From positions 1 to 55,191 of the forward strand of contig JADGFE010000001.1 of NCBI GenBank assembly GCA_016744085.1: a stretch of DNA of 55,191 bases. The letters are read 5' to 3'. The DNA is from Kiritimatiellales bacterium. GTDB taxonomy: Bacteria; Verrucomicrobiota; Kiritimatiellia; Kiritimatiellales; Pontiellaceae. Shown here piece by piece: positions 29,124-39,600 of this stretch; the first letter of the stretch is position 1, and the number at the start of each line of letters is the position of its first letter. Position numbers and translations under genes: made by a program. Under the pieces are notes generated by a model that saw only the letters and a program-made list of their open reading frames with translations, was not told where the DNA came from and did not search any database.

Positions 29124-29855
29124 ATGACAACACACTCAAACCTTCCATTGGTACGACCGGAGGCTGAAACAGCAAAACGAATCCTGGACATTTTCTTTCT
29201 GGGGGATGGTTCCTCATCAATGACAGGCCCACCCAACGCCATACTTAACCAAGCCACCCGGGAATGCCTCAATGAAATAAAAACAGAGGCAAAACAACAT
29301 CCCGAAGTGGAGTTCCGGTTCCGCTGCATCGCGTTTGCAAGCAATGCATGGTGGCTGATCGGCCCCGATCCCGTCAGCATTGAAAATGTTATCTGGAAGG
29401 AACTGCCGGCCAACGGAGGCACATCCACCGGTGCGGCAATAGAAAAACTGGCCGAAGCCGTGACGGAAGACAAAATGCCCGAGCAGGGTCTCGCGCCGGT
29501 GATGGTCCTGCTGTCCGACGGCGGTAATACCGATGGACAAGCCTATGATCGAGCCATTGACAAACTCGACAAACTGCTGTGGGGAGCCAAGGCAATTCGG
29601 CTTTCTATCGGAGTAGGCAACTATTTCAACCGTGCCCAGTTGGAAAAGTTTACGAACCACCCGGAAGTCGGCGTACTTGAGGCCAAAAGCGCGGTCGATC
29701 TGGCGAATTATATCCGCTATGCGACCGTCACGGCCTCCATAGCCGCCTCCCAGAACCAGTCCGATCCGGGCAACGTATCGACCAATGTAACCCTGCCGCC
29801 TCCGCCGAAACAGGTCGAAGCGAGTGCAAGCAACATCATGCTTTCAGCGAGGTAA
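29124..29855 (+). CDS. terY: TerY-type vWA domain protein (TerY-P triad)
   Basis: MIDAS DGSSSM; GGTSTGAA; VLLSDG. Confidence 0.88.
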   Translation: MTTHSNLPLVRPEAETAKRILDIFFLGDGSSSMTGPPNAILNQATRECLNEIKTEAKQHPEVEFRFRCIAFASNAWWLIGPDPVSIENVIWKELPANGGTSTGAAIEKLAEAVTEDKMPEQGLAPVMVLLSDGGNTDGQAYDRAIDKLDKLLWGAKAIRLSIGVGNYFNRAQLEKFTNHPEVGVLEAKSAVDLANYIRYATVTASIAASQNQSDPGNVSTNVTLPPPPKQVEASASNIMLSAR

Positions 29856-29859
29856 TGGT

Positions 29860-30813
29860 ATGAGCAAAAACATTAAACCTGTATGGCCGACCTTCGTGTC
29901 GGCCTCCTCCAGAGGATTCTCACACGCGCGGAACGGTACCTGTTGCCAGGACGCGGTCGCTGTTCGAACCGGCTATTTCCGGGCCGAACCCTACTGGATC
30001 TTCAGCTCCGGTGATGGACATGGCCATCCGGCCTATGTGCATAGTGACCAGGGATCCGTTCTGGCCAACCTGTCCGCCGAGCAGACGGCGGTCCAGTTTC
30101 TCCTGTCGGGACTGCACAACGAGGATGATCGGGACGAGCACTTCGCCGAATTTTTCCGAAACCATTTGAAAGAAGAATGGATCAGAAATATCCGGCAATC
30201 CCGGCAGGCCTACCGAATGACGGACGAGGAAATCAGCACATACGGCTCGACCCTGCTGATCGCCATGATCTACCGCGATACCCTCTATCTCGCCCAGCTC
30301 GGCGACGGGGATATTGTGATTGTGGATCACGGTGGAAAGGCATCGTTTCTGGTCGAACCGGAAACCGGACCGGTCAGTCCAGGCACCGCCTCATTGTGTT
30401 CGTCGAATGCTAACGAACGCTGGGCGTTTGCCTGCCTGCCGATGAAGGATGTGGCCTTTTTGATGATGTCGACCGACGGTCTGATCAACTCGCTGACCGG
30501 CCCGAAGGCACACGTCAAACTGGTAAAGCAGTTCCAGAACCACCTCCTCAACCTGCCGACCCCGGATATCCAGCAAGCCCTGCCGCAGTGGCTGGCCGAA
30601 TATTCGGAGGCCGGATCGGGAGACGACATATCCCTTGTGGCAATCGCCATGACATCAATAAATAAACAAACAAAAGAAAAAGGAAAAGAAAATGAGACAA
30701 CTACCAAAAATACCAGGACTAATCATCGAGAAGAAATTGGCCGAGGGCGGTCAGGGGACGGTGTACATTGCCCTGAAGAACGGGAAGAGACATGCCCTGA
30801 AGATGTACAATGA
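29860..30813 (+). CDS. PP2C-family phosphatase (TerY-P triad)
   Basis: G.SH......CQD, DGHG, GSTL, QLGDG, STDG, GDDIS. Confidence 0.9.
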   Translation: MSKNIKPVWPTFVSASSRGFSHARNGTCCQDAVAVRTGYFRAEPYWIFSSGDGHGHPAYVHSDQGSVLANLSAEQTAVQFLLSGLHNEDDRDEHFAEFFRNHLKEEWIRNIRQSRQAYRMTDEEISTYGSTLLIAMIYRDTLYLAQLGDGDIVIVDHGGKASFLVEPETGPVSPGTASLCSSNANERWAFACLPMKDVAFLMMSTDGLINSLTGPKAHVKLVKQFQNHLLNLPTPDIQQALPQWLAEYSEAGSGDDISLVAIAMTSINKQTKEKGKENETTTKNTRTNHREEIGRGRSGDGVHCPEEREETCPEDVQ

Positions 30814-31981
30814 ACAGAGCGCAACGCCGGAACAGCGCAAGATCATCCACTCCCTCGTAAAGGCGGGGAATCCGGCAAAAGGGTGTCCCCATCGGTTCGC
30901 ATGGCTGGAAGAGTTCGTCGACTGGCCGGACGGAAAAACATTCGGCTACTTTATGCCGCTTATCGATACCAAACGATATGTCTCCATGGCCGAGATCGAG
31001 TCAAAAAGAATTGCCCATCCCGGCTACGGAATCATGGTCGAAGCCTGTCGGCAATTGGCCGAATGCTTAAGGGAACTGCATATCGGCGGTTACTGCTACC
31101 GCGATATCTCAAAAAAGAATTTCTTGCTCAATCCGGACAGCGGCGATGTCATGATCTGCGATAATGACAACATCATTATCGACCGGCAGGACATCGGAAA
31201 TATCAAAGGGACAACATCGTTTGTTGCTCCCGAAGTGATCCTGAACACCGCCAAGCCCTCGACGGTCACCGACCTGCATTCGCTTGCGGTGCTGTTTTTC
31301 CACCTGCTGTGCGGCGGGCATCCGCTTCACGGAAAAAAAGAGAGGGAAACCAAGGTGCTGGACGTTATCTCCTCACGAAAACTGTACGGCCTTGACCCCG
31401 TATTTATTTTCGATCCGAAAAACCGAAGCAATCGATTGCCGGACGAAAAAGGATATCGCCATGTAGCCAAGCAGTGGAAAGTTCTTCCCGTCCATATCCG
31501 GAACCTGTTTCTTAAAGCGTTTACGTCGGGACTCAAGAATCCGTCGGAACGGGTTACCGATATCGAATGGAAGAATGCGTTGACTCAAATGCAGGATCTT
31601 CACCATGTGTGCGCATGTGGCGCAGAAAACTTCTGGGATCCTTTGCTTCACCAGCAAAGCAATTGCTGGCATTGCAGCCGGGAAGTCAAGTATCCCCCGA
31701 AGCTCTACGCCAAGGGCAAATCGGTTCAGGCGATGCTGGTTATATCCGGACGGCGGGTTTCCACCCTGCACTTCGGAGATAAATCCGGCTACCATGCCGT
31801 CGGGGAAATGGAAGAAAACCTGCAGGATCAGTCGTTTGTGATGCTCCGGAACAAATCCAAGGAAACATGGAAAGCCACTCTGGGAGACCAGAAAGCTGAT
31901 GTGATTCCCAATCTATCCATCCCGTTGGTTCCCGGTCTGGTGATCAAGGCGGGGGTAAATGAACTGCTGGTCTATCCATAA
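30692..31981 (+). CDS. Ser/Thr protein kinase with zinc ribbon (TerY-P triad)
   Basis: EGGQGTVY, ALK, YRDISKKN, DNDN, APE; CACG...CWHC. Confidence 0.92.
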   Translation: MRQLPKIPGLIIEKKLAEGGQGTVYIALKNGKRHALKMYNEQSATPEQRKIIHSLVKAGNPAKGCPHRFAWLEEFVDWPDGKTFGYFMPLIDTKRYVSMAEIESKRIAHPGYGIMVEACRQLAECLRELHIGGYCYRDISKKNFLLNPDSGDVMICDNDNIIIDRQDIGNIKGTTSFVAPEVILNTAKPSTVTDLHSLAVLFFHLLCGGHPLHGKKERETKVLDVISSRKLYGLDPVFIFDPKNRSNRLPDEKGYRHVAKQWKVLPVHIRNLFLKAFTSGLKNPSERVTDIEWKNALTQMQDLHHVCACGAENFWDPLLHQQSNCWHCSREVKYPPKLYAKGKSVQAMLVISGRRVSTLHFGDKSGYHAVGEMEENLQDQSFVMLRNKSKETWKATLGDQKADVIPNLSIPLVPGLVIKAGVNELLVYP

Positions 31982-32167
31982 ATGGAGACTCAAATGTCTT
32001 GCTACGAAGAAGAGTGCCCTGACTGCGGAGCGTTGACGGACTACAACGAATTACGGCCCTTGATTTGTTCGGGTTGTGAGCGGCAACTCCTTCCGTGCAA
32101 TGCCTGCATGGGGGAACACGGGGCCGATAACGTAAACTGCAACAACTGTCCATGGGAGACATCATGA
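31982..32167 (+). CDS. Small Cys-rich zinc-binding protein
   Basis: CPDC, CSGC, CNAC, CNNC; starts immediately after the kinase stop. Confidence 0.65.
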   Translation: METQMSCYEEECPDCGALTDYNELRPLICSGCERQLLPCNACMGEHGADNVNCNNCPWETS

Positions 32168-32202
32168 AAATATAGCACAATAGAATCGATCCAAAAAACA
32201 AC

Positions 32203-32237
32203 AAGCTCCGGACGGGATACGCCTCCGGAGCTTTTTT
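32203..32237 (+). terminator. Intrinsic terminator
   Basis: AAGCTCCGGA...TCCGGAGCTT followed by a T-run. Confidence 0.75.
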
Positions 32238-32256
32238 CTGCTTACCATTCAGAAAA

Positions 32257-32490
32257 TCACCGATCCTTCGGTGGGATAGAATTCGCCATGGAATCCACCA
32301 GCTCCCGAATCATCAATGCGGATTTCTGAATCGAGCGGGCAACTTCGCCCATGGTGGAATTGGGAATCTCAAGTATTTCCGGGGTCTTCTGTTCCAATGC
32401 TCCAAGTAACGTAGTCCAAGCTGTAATATGTGTCACATGAGCATCAATCTGATCGCGGATTTCGGTTGTTTTCAGTGGTTTCTTTTCCAT
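32257..32490 (-). CDS. Small hypothetical helical protein
   Basis: MEKKPLKTT...; start uncertain (ORF extends to 32622). Confidence 0.45.
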   Translation of the reverse strand: MEKKPLKTTEIRDQIDAHVTHITAWTTLLGALEQKTPEILEIPNSTMGEVARSIQKSALMIRELVDSMANSIPPKDR

Positions 32491-32893
32491 GCCACGCACA
32501 CTGCCCACAACCCTCTGCGACAGTCTAGCGAAAGGAGACTCCAATGATTTCGACCTTTGGATCAACGGGCGAAGGCCGCACTTGGGCATTATAACAAAAC
32601 TATCTTCCGATGATTTCCACAAAAATTACCGTGGCTGGCTGATTTAATCCCTTGCTCTCTACATGTTGTGTTTTAGGGCGAAACGGCGCCAAATTTGTCC
32701 ATAGGTGGTGTCGAATTAAGCCCGCTTGAGTCAATCAGCTAGCCACGAAAATTAATGTAGAGCAAAAAAAGACAGAAAACAGATTCATCCGCCTGTCAAA
32801 ATCCTTCAGAGATTCTGATTTTATTCTAGATTCAGGGTGATACACTCCAAATTTGTATTATTTTTATGTATCTATGTGAACAGGAGTTGAGGA

Positions 32894-33493
32894 ATGCCCA
32901 TAAAACCTGATGAAAAGAAAACCACGCCTCAGGATTTTTTTGAAGATAGTATCTCGATACTATTTTATTATGGACAATTGCCCGTGATTGCTTTGTCTTT
33001 TGGCACGATACTAATAATTGACGGGTTCTATAATACCTTAGACTCATGGTGGCAGATTGGCGTCTATTTCACCGCTACACTTTCCTTGCTTACCTCTCAA
33101 GCTGCTATTACAAAGAAAGTTAAAAGATCACAACCTATCGCGATAACCCTTCTATCGATAAGTTTGATTCTGACAATTGTCTATCTAGCATTACTAATGT
33201 GTATTACATCTGGTCATAGCAGTCCATTCCAACATCTGTATTTATACATGCCTGCTGTTGTTTTCATGGTTGCCCAAAGACGAAAATGGGTAGAATATCT
33301 GACTAGTTTAGGAGTACTCGGTAGCTACATTGCTACATACAAGCCCCCGACCCAATGGGTTGCTTGGACTACTTTTCATAATAACAACTATTTAGTTTAC
33401 GTTATTTTCGAAATTAGCATGGTAGCTTTCCTACTCATACTTCTCAGTATGGTCAACACAAAAATGGAAATCCTTATAAGACAAGAAGGTTAG
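32894..33493 (+). CDS. Hypothetical integral membrane protein (~6 TM)
   Basis: ATG at 32894 and TAG at 33491-33493 are on the + strand (the ORF track labels it '-'); AGGAG/GAGG RBS. Confidence 0.8.
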   Translation: MPIKPDEKKTTPQDFFEDSISILFYYGQLPVIALSFGTILIIDGFYNTLDSWWQIGVYFTATLSLLTSQAAITKKVKRSQPIAITLLSISLILTIVYLALLMCITSGHSSPFQHLYLYMPAVVFMVAQRRKWVEYLTSLGVLGSYIATYKPPTQWVAWTTFHNNNYLVYVIFEISMVAFLLILLSMVNTKMEILIRQEG

Positions 33494-33514
33494 TAAAAGT
33501 TAGTTTATAAAAAG

Positions 33515-34777
33515 ATGAATACTCAACGTCGAAAAATCATAGGGTGGACTTTATACGATTTTGCTAATTCTTCGTACCATTTGCTGATACCTAGCGTACT
33601 CATGCCGCTTTTTTTCCGGCAATACCTTATGGCAGATAGTTTAAACATAGACTTTCAATGGGCTTTATTGATTGCTATCCCCGTCGTATTTGCGGGGATA
33701 TTTAGCCCTTTTATTGGTGCATTTTCCGATGAAAAGAAGTGCCGTCTGCGCACTCTTATCATAACAGCAGTCCTCGCAATGATCTTTGCTGCATTGATTC
33801 CAATGGCTAACCCAGAGAGTTGGGTGATCGGAGCTTTCGCATTCGGAATTTCGTATTTCTTTTTTACTTTGTCGCTGGGTATATACGATGCCTTTCTTCC
33901 AATTTTTGCCCGAAAGAATAGGGGTAAGCTCTCTGGAATGGCTTGGGGACTGGGTTATCTGGGTGGCATTGTATCATTGTGTCTAATTTATCCTCTGCTC
34001 AGCAGTGCTCAGCTACCTGAAGGCATCGTTCAATTCAGATGGGCTATATGGATTACCTGCCTCGTTTTTGCAGCATTCTCAATCCCTTCATTTCTGTTAA
34101 TGAAAGAACGAACCTCTTTGGGTGTCTCCCAGACTTCCAATACTCTGGCTGAACGATTTGGGCTGGCGAGAATTGCAGGCACATTGAAGGGTTGGAGGCA
34201 AAATAAAAACCTATTTAAAACCCTCTTCAGCTACTATCTTGCAAATGATGGCTTATCAACATTGGTTTACTTCACTTCCATTTATGCGGCAACAACTCTT
34301 CATTTTGACAACAAGCAGATTCTTGTTCTTTTTATAATTGTCCAGCTAGTAGGAATTCCTTCATCCATCATTGGGGGAATACTTGCAGATAAGATCGGTC
34401 ACAAGAAGGTTATCTATCTGACACTTGGAATATGGATTATTTTATGCGTGGGCTTTGCTCTTTGCAGTAGCATTACAGCATTTTATATACTGGCGATAGG
34501 AACCGGCCTGGTTATTGGAACAACTCCTTCGATTTATCGCTCCTATTTAGCTGAATTCGTAGACATTGACAAAGCGGCAGAAATCTATGGATTTAATTCA
34601 TTCGCAAGCCGAGCTTCAAGTGTTGCTGGGCCAATTCTGTTTGCGATAATTTCATCTATGACTGGTAGCCAGCGACCTGCGATGCTCTGTATGATGTTAT
34701 TCTTCCTCTTAGCAGGAATTATTTTAAAAACAAATAAAAATATCGCCAACAACCAGAGCGACATCTCTCTATCATGA
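33515..34777 (+). CDS. MFS transporter, UMF1/Atg22-like family
   Basis: GWTLYDFANS, YDAFLP, SG.AWGLGYLGG, G.LADKIG.K; ~12 TM. Confidence 0.9.
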   Translation: MNTQRRKIIGWTLYDFANSSYHLLIPSVLMPLFFRQYLMADSLNIDFQWALLIAIPVVFAGIFSPFIGAFSDEKKCRLRTLIITAVLAMIFAALIPMANPESWVIGAFAFGISYFFFTLSLGIYDAFLPIFARKNRGKLSGMAWGLGYLGGIVSLCLIYPLLSSAQLPEGIVQFRWAIWITCLVFAAFSIPSFLLMKERTSLGVSQTSNTLAERFGLARIAGTLKGWRQNKNLFKTLFSYYLANDGLSTLVYFTSIYAATTLHFDNKQILVLFIIVQLVGIPSSIIGGILADKIGHKKVIYLTLGIWIILCVGFALCSSITAFYILAIGTGLVIGTTPSIYRSYLAEFVDIDKAAEIYGFNSFASRASSVAGPILFAIISSMTGSQRPAMLCMMLFFLLAGIILKTNKNIANNQSDISLS

Positions 34778-35673
34778 ACTCCACCTACCACCAAAGATTC
34801 GAGAAAAGGATCGACGCAGTTGAAAAAGCATTAGAACAATCCATTTCCCGATCAGAAACATTTCAAAAAAACCTGCTTACACAGGGATTGGGGCTAGGGG
34901 TTCCCTCCATTCCAGGAATAACAAGCAAACGTCTTCGGGGCGTCATCGCAACACTTGCGTGTTCAGCATCAAATAATCAAACCAACTGGGAGATTTTTCC
35001 TGCAGTTCCCGAGTTAATTCACGCAGCATCCTTAATCGTTGATGATATACAGGATGGACATCAGCTAAGATGGAACCGCCCTGCGGTATGGACGTCTGCA
35101 GGAACACCTCTGGCCATTAATATGGCCTTCTCCATTCTGGCACTAGCACAATCGACCTTGGATGAGCTTGGAATAAGGACTGGCCATTCACTTGCGAACA
35201 TCTTGATGGAAATGCTTGATGGACAGGCCAGAGATTTACAGGCAGAACAGTTTTACTCTGGGGGACTTCCAGAATATCTGCGAATTATCCGAGGTAAAAC
35301 AGGAGTTCTATTAAATTTTTCCATAGAAGTTGGAGGCCATCAGTTACCCAGAGACACCTTAAAAAGCCTTTGTGAATGGGCCTCCTGTCTAGGAATTGCG
35401 CATCAGATCCAAGATGACATCGACGATATAATCGAAGATATTTCACTACCAAAAAGTCATCTTCACTGGTTTCTGGCATCGGAAACCCCTTCTACGACGA
35501 AAAAACAGACTTTAGATTTTAGTCTTAAATTAGCTGCCGAATACGTGGAACACGGCCTCTTGGCATTAAAAAACACAAATATTCCCGAACTTTTAAAGGA
35601 CGATTTCTCGTTTATTCTCAAGAAAATTGGACAGCGACATTCCAGGATGGAATTAGTTGGAGATAACGTCTAA
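34774..35673 (+). CDS. Trans-isoprenyl diphosphate (polyprenyl) synthase family protein
   Basis: KRLR, ELIHAASLIVDDIQD (FARM), GQARDL, GKTG, QIQDDIDD (SARM). Confidence 0.88.
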   Translation: MNSTYHQRFEKRIDAVEKALEQSISRSETFQKNLLTQGLGLGVPSIPGITSKRLRGVIATLACSASNNQTNWEIFPAVPELIHAASLIVDDIQDGHQLRWNRPAVWTSAGTPLAINMAFSILALAQSTLDELGIRTGHSLANILMEMLDGQARDLQAEQFYSGGLPEYLRIIRGKTGVLLNFSIEVGGHQLPRDTLKSLCEWASCLGIAHQIQDDIDDIIEDISLPKSHLHWFLASETPSTTKKQTLDFSLKLAAEYVEHGLLALKNTNIPELLKDDFSFILKKIGQRHSRMELVGDNV

Positions 35674-35768
35674 CAGATAGCCAAGCAACAGCATCACTTA
35701 AAAACTCTGAACTTGGGCGTCATACTCATTGTCTGTTTTTGAGTGTTTTGGATATCCTGACGTTACGT

Positions 35769-36044
35769 CTAGACTCCTAAAGGGATTTCATCAACTCGCG
35801 CCTCAGTTTCGAATATATTGCTAAGGATTACTCGAAGCTTATCGATTGCATCCTGCTTGGTTGTCCCGATGGCCACAAAGAAGTGCTGATTATCAAGTTT
35901 TTTTCTAAGGTTTTCGGAAATCACATATCCCCAGCTATCTATAGATGCGCTAAACCCTCCACTATCATCTTCAAGCACAGCGCCCCATCCGATAATAGCC
36001 TCTTTTGCATCAGTGTACTGTATTCCTGTTATGTATTGTCGCAT
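35769..36044 (-). CDS. Small hypothetical protein, HicB-like fold possible
   Basis: EDDSGGFSA...GTTKQDAIDKL; overlaps the avs3b stop. Confidence 0.55.
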   Translation of the reverse strand: MRQYITGIQYTDAKEAIIGWGAVLEDDSGGFSASIDSWGYVISENLRKKLDNQHFFVAIGTTKQDAIDKLRVILSNIFETEARVDEIPLGV

Positions 36045-36649
36045 TCGATTTTCTCTTTCATTTTCTGGGTTACACCAACTAAATCACCACTTCTTGAAGC
36101 AGTAGATTCATTGACCTTAGTTTCTGAACCCAAACTCGAAAATTCCTGTAGCTTTTTAAGGATTTCAGCCGGGTAGTCTTTATAATTCGAGGTTGCAACA
36201 CCCTGTCTCAGCCATTCTTCTTCCTCTCCCTCAGCAGCCTCAATTGCTTTGCGGAAACACTCGTTAATGACTTTGTGAGCCAACGCTTCAAATTCATCCA
36301 CAAGCGACAACCATTCCTGTACTGCACCAGATATTTCACCCCTTGTAGACAACGGATCATGATAATAACATTTTGTATCTTTATGAAGCTTATGAATGGA
36401 GGAGGCTATGGCGTTAAAACTTTCCAGAGGAATTCTTCCCAATGGCAACGCCGCACGATGTGACCAGACCTGAAGGATCAGCTCTGTACACTCTTTCTCC
36501 GCAGTTTTCTTTTCCTCTGCGTTGTCCGCATGTTCGACTCGGGTAAGGAGCTCTGCTAAATGATGCGACATCCACTTGCCAAGCGTGTCATTTGATGACG
36601 ACAGCTCCAGTTCTTCAACAAGCTTCTCACCCAATTTTACTACTTCCAT
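36029..36649 (-). CDS. avs3b: AVAST type 3 accessory protein Avs3b
   Basis: LGEKLVEEL....DTLGKWMSHHLAEL...C..LIL..W.HR..LP.G..P; directly downstream of avs3a. Confidence 0.85.
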   Translation of the reverse strand: MEVVKLGEKLVEELELSSSNDTLGKWMSHHLAELLTRVEHADNAEEKKTAEKECTELILQVWSHRAALPLGRIPLESFNAIASSIHKLHKDTKCYYHDPLSTRGEISGAVQEWLSLVDEFEALAHKVINECFRKAIEAAEGEEEEWLRQGVATSNYKDYPAEILKKLQEFSSLGSETKVNESTASRSGDLVGVTQKMKEKIECDNT

Positions 36650-39600
36650 AGAAATCATATAACATCCCATCTTTCTTCAGTACATACAGTTTACAATAGG
36701 GTTCAAGATATCCGTAACTGTCTCGACTATAGCGTTCCTGTTTCCGACGGATCTGTACTTCAACAATCATATCTTTATTTAATCTAGAAAGCATACGTAG
36801 CATGAAGTTCATAGACATTGTTATTCGCTCTCCATACTGAGAGTGACTTCCCCTGTGCTCATCTCGCCACTCTCCCCAAACCTCGGAATTCATCACCGTC
36901 ATGCCATCGGAAGTTTTCCATGTTCGTTTATCCTTAGATTCCTCCAGCTCAAACATCCTCATTATACCAGGGCGGGGCGCGTTAGGAGGATAGTATATCG
37001 CACCTGATAGAGGATCTAATCCATCAAGATGTTTCTCTCTATCATGAAGAGTAATCCAGCCCTTCATAAAAAATGGGTTCCTTATGATGCTCATATCAGA
37101 GCCAGCCCAAGGAATACAATAGTCCGAAAATCGCTCACATGTCTGAAGAGCACTCAACAAGGATAATGAATTCTCAGGAGATACCAGCGCGCTGTTGATA
37201 CGTACATCCTCCTCTTGTCCATTATTGTGGGTCGTCCAATTTCCCCAGCCGACTACTATCTGCTTATCGGCAGATGAGAAGAGAGAACCATCAATATCGT
37301 CCTGTGTTACTGACCACTCCCAGTTCTTGCTATACTCAGCTTTAGTTATATCAGGAGTGTTTAAAGGGTTCGGATCGCGGTAATCAGCTATCCAAGTACC
37401 GTCGTCGCATGTCAGAATGTGATCTTTCATCCAGTCAGGCCAGTTTACGTCGCTCCACCGATCGACAGCTATAGGCTTGGTCGCTAAAAGTTTACCCGCA
37501 ACGACCATCATAGCATGCAAACTGAGATAAAAACTGTAATCGTCATATGCTGGATAGCTGTATTTTGAGACAGACCCATAGCTACTATTATGTATGCCCA
37601 AACTATTTCGAGGGTCTTCAGTCCATGCTCCAGTTGAGTCGGTTATTTCCCACTCATCCAGGATGGTGGATGCCGCCATAGTTTCAATATCATCTACCGT
37701 CGTATCAGCGAAAGTACGCGCCAACGAACTAAACCACCCATCAGATAAATCCATATGAAATAGATACCGCGAGTCCTTTCGACTTCGCCATTTCCCTCTT
37801 CCGTGGGTTCTTTCTTCGGGATCTTCAACAGGAGCATGTTGACTCATGTTTACATTGGTTAGGTCTCTCAGCACCTGTGCCTCATAAGTGCCACTTTGAT
37901 ACTTTTCAAGGGATAGAGCTGCCTGTCTGGCAAAGTGACGTATCTGAATATGACTCTGCTTCAATGCGACTTCAGACAGCCACCCAGAATGTTTAAGAAG
38001 TACATCTGGAGTTTCCTCGGCAATGCGCGCCAATGCAATCAGCAGATATAGTTGTGCATGCATGTAGAAGAAAGGTAGTCGGCTATCAGTATACTTTTGA
38101 GGGTTATCGTTTTCGAAGAAACCTATGACTGCATCAACAATGCTGCATTGACCAAGAAATGCGAGGCGACGTAAAGTGTGCGCAGTTTTCCACCGTAGTT
38201 CTGATTGAGGAGAACCAAGCAAGCTCCATAAGAGACCTGCCATACTCTTTGGCAACGATTCCGGTGGAGCAAACTGCAGTTCCCAGTTGCCGTCACCATC
38301 ATCATCTCTTACCTGCGTATCAAACTGCTTGGTGACATACCGGAGAATCTCCAGTGCATCAGAAGAATCTAAATATCGGAGGTACTTCTCAACAAACCGG
38401 ATCACATCGCTTGTGGAAAACTCTTCCAGATGGTCAATTATGCCGGTTAGCAAGTGCGTAATAACATCCGGCTCCTCCATACCAGTAAGTTCTGCTAATA
38501 ATCCAATGCGTTCATGCATACGGTATCGTGGAGTGGCAAGATCAATAATCCTTACATCCAGCAAGGTTCTAGTTGCAGACTTCACCGCCTTTTGAGTACG
38601 CAACGACTTTCCCCAGTCCACAAAGGCCGCTTTCAGTGCATCAACAACCGCATCTTCATGTGGCTCCTTAAGATAAGCCAAACTTGTGATATGTGCATCT
38701 CGCTGTTCCAGCGGAACCTTAGACCTTATTATGGAAAATAACTGACCCCAGCTTGTAAAATTCCGGCGGCGATGATTCCTAGACATTATCTGATCAATAA
38801 CTGCCGGAGAAGTAAGGTCAGCACCGTCAGGAATAACCGGCTCCGAGTCTTTGTTATCCGGAGCCACTCTACTTACCCTTACTGAGGGTACATATTCCTC
38901 TTCAGGCTCTTTTTCTCTTATCCACCGGGACTCAATGCCATGCTGAGCCAACTGACCTCGAACGTCAGGGGATACGTGTATCGTGTCCTGATTAATTTCA
39001 ATGTCACGCAAGAGCAACTCCCTGAAAGCTCCGTCATCGAAAACATGAGGATTCTTCTGAAGAAGAAACTGAATGACATTCTCATATCGCCAATACATCC
39101 CAACCGAATTAAAAGCAATCAACACCTCTGAATTTATAACACCTTTGTATAACAGAGTCTTGAGGGCTACCGGCAGATTCTCATCGAACCACCCGACATT
39201 CCTGTCCTGCCACCGACCAAGGATGGTGAATACAGATGGTGGATGAAGTTCCGCAATGGCTGAGGCCATGTTAGTCCACGGGAACTTGTGATCGTCATAC
39301 TTATGAATAAGTTCCGCTACGCGGGAAAGATTGTAGGCATCTTCTGCAGTTCCCTGAATATTTTTTCCTGTTTTCCATGCCAGTTCACAGGCGAGATCAA
39401 GCCTGGCACGAGCCTCCATATCAATCTTGTCTAGAACCTCAAACCCGCGTTCAAGTAATAATCCAGCTTCAACCTTATCACAACACAGCATAGCTGCGGA
39501 CAGTTTCGCATACGCGTCTGCCGTGTCTGATGCTGTCATATGCTCCCGTTCAATTAGGATAATAGCTTCATGCGCAAAACTAATGACCTGTTCAGATGAA

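Noticed and set aside
32894-33493. ORF track strand '-' for the 199-aa membrane protein
   Set aside because: The listed protein reads directly from the + strand (ATG at 32894, TAG ending at 33493).
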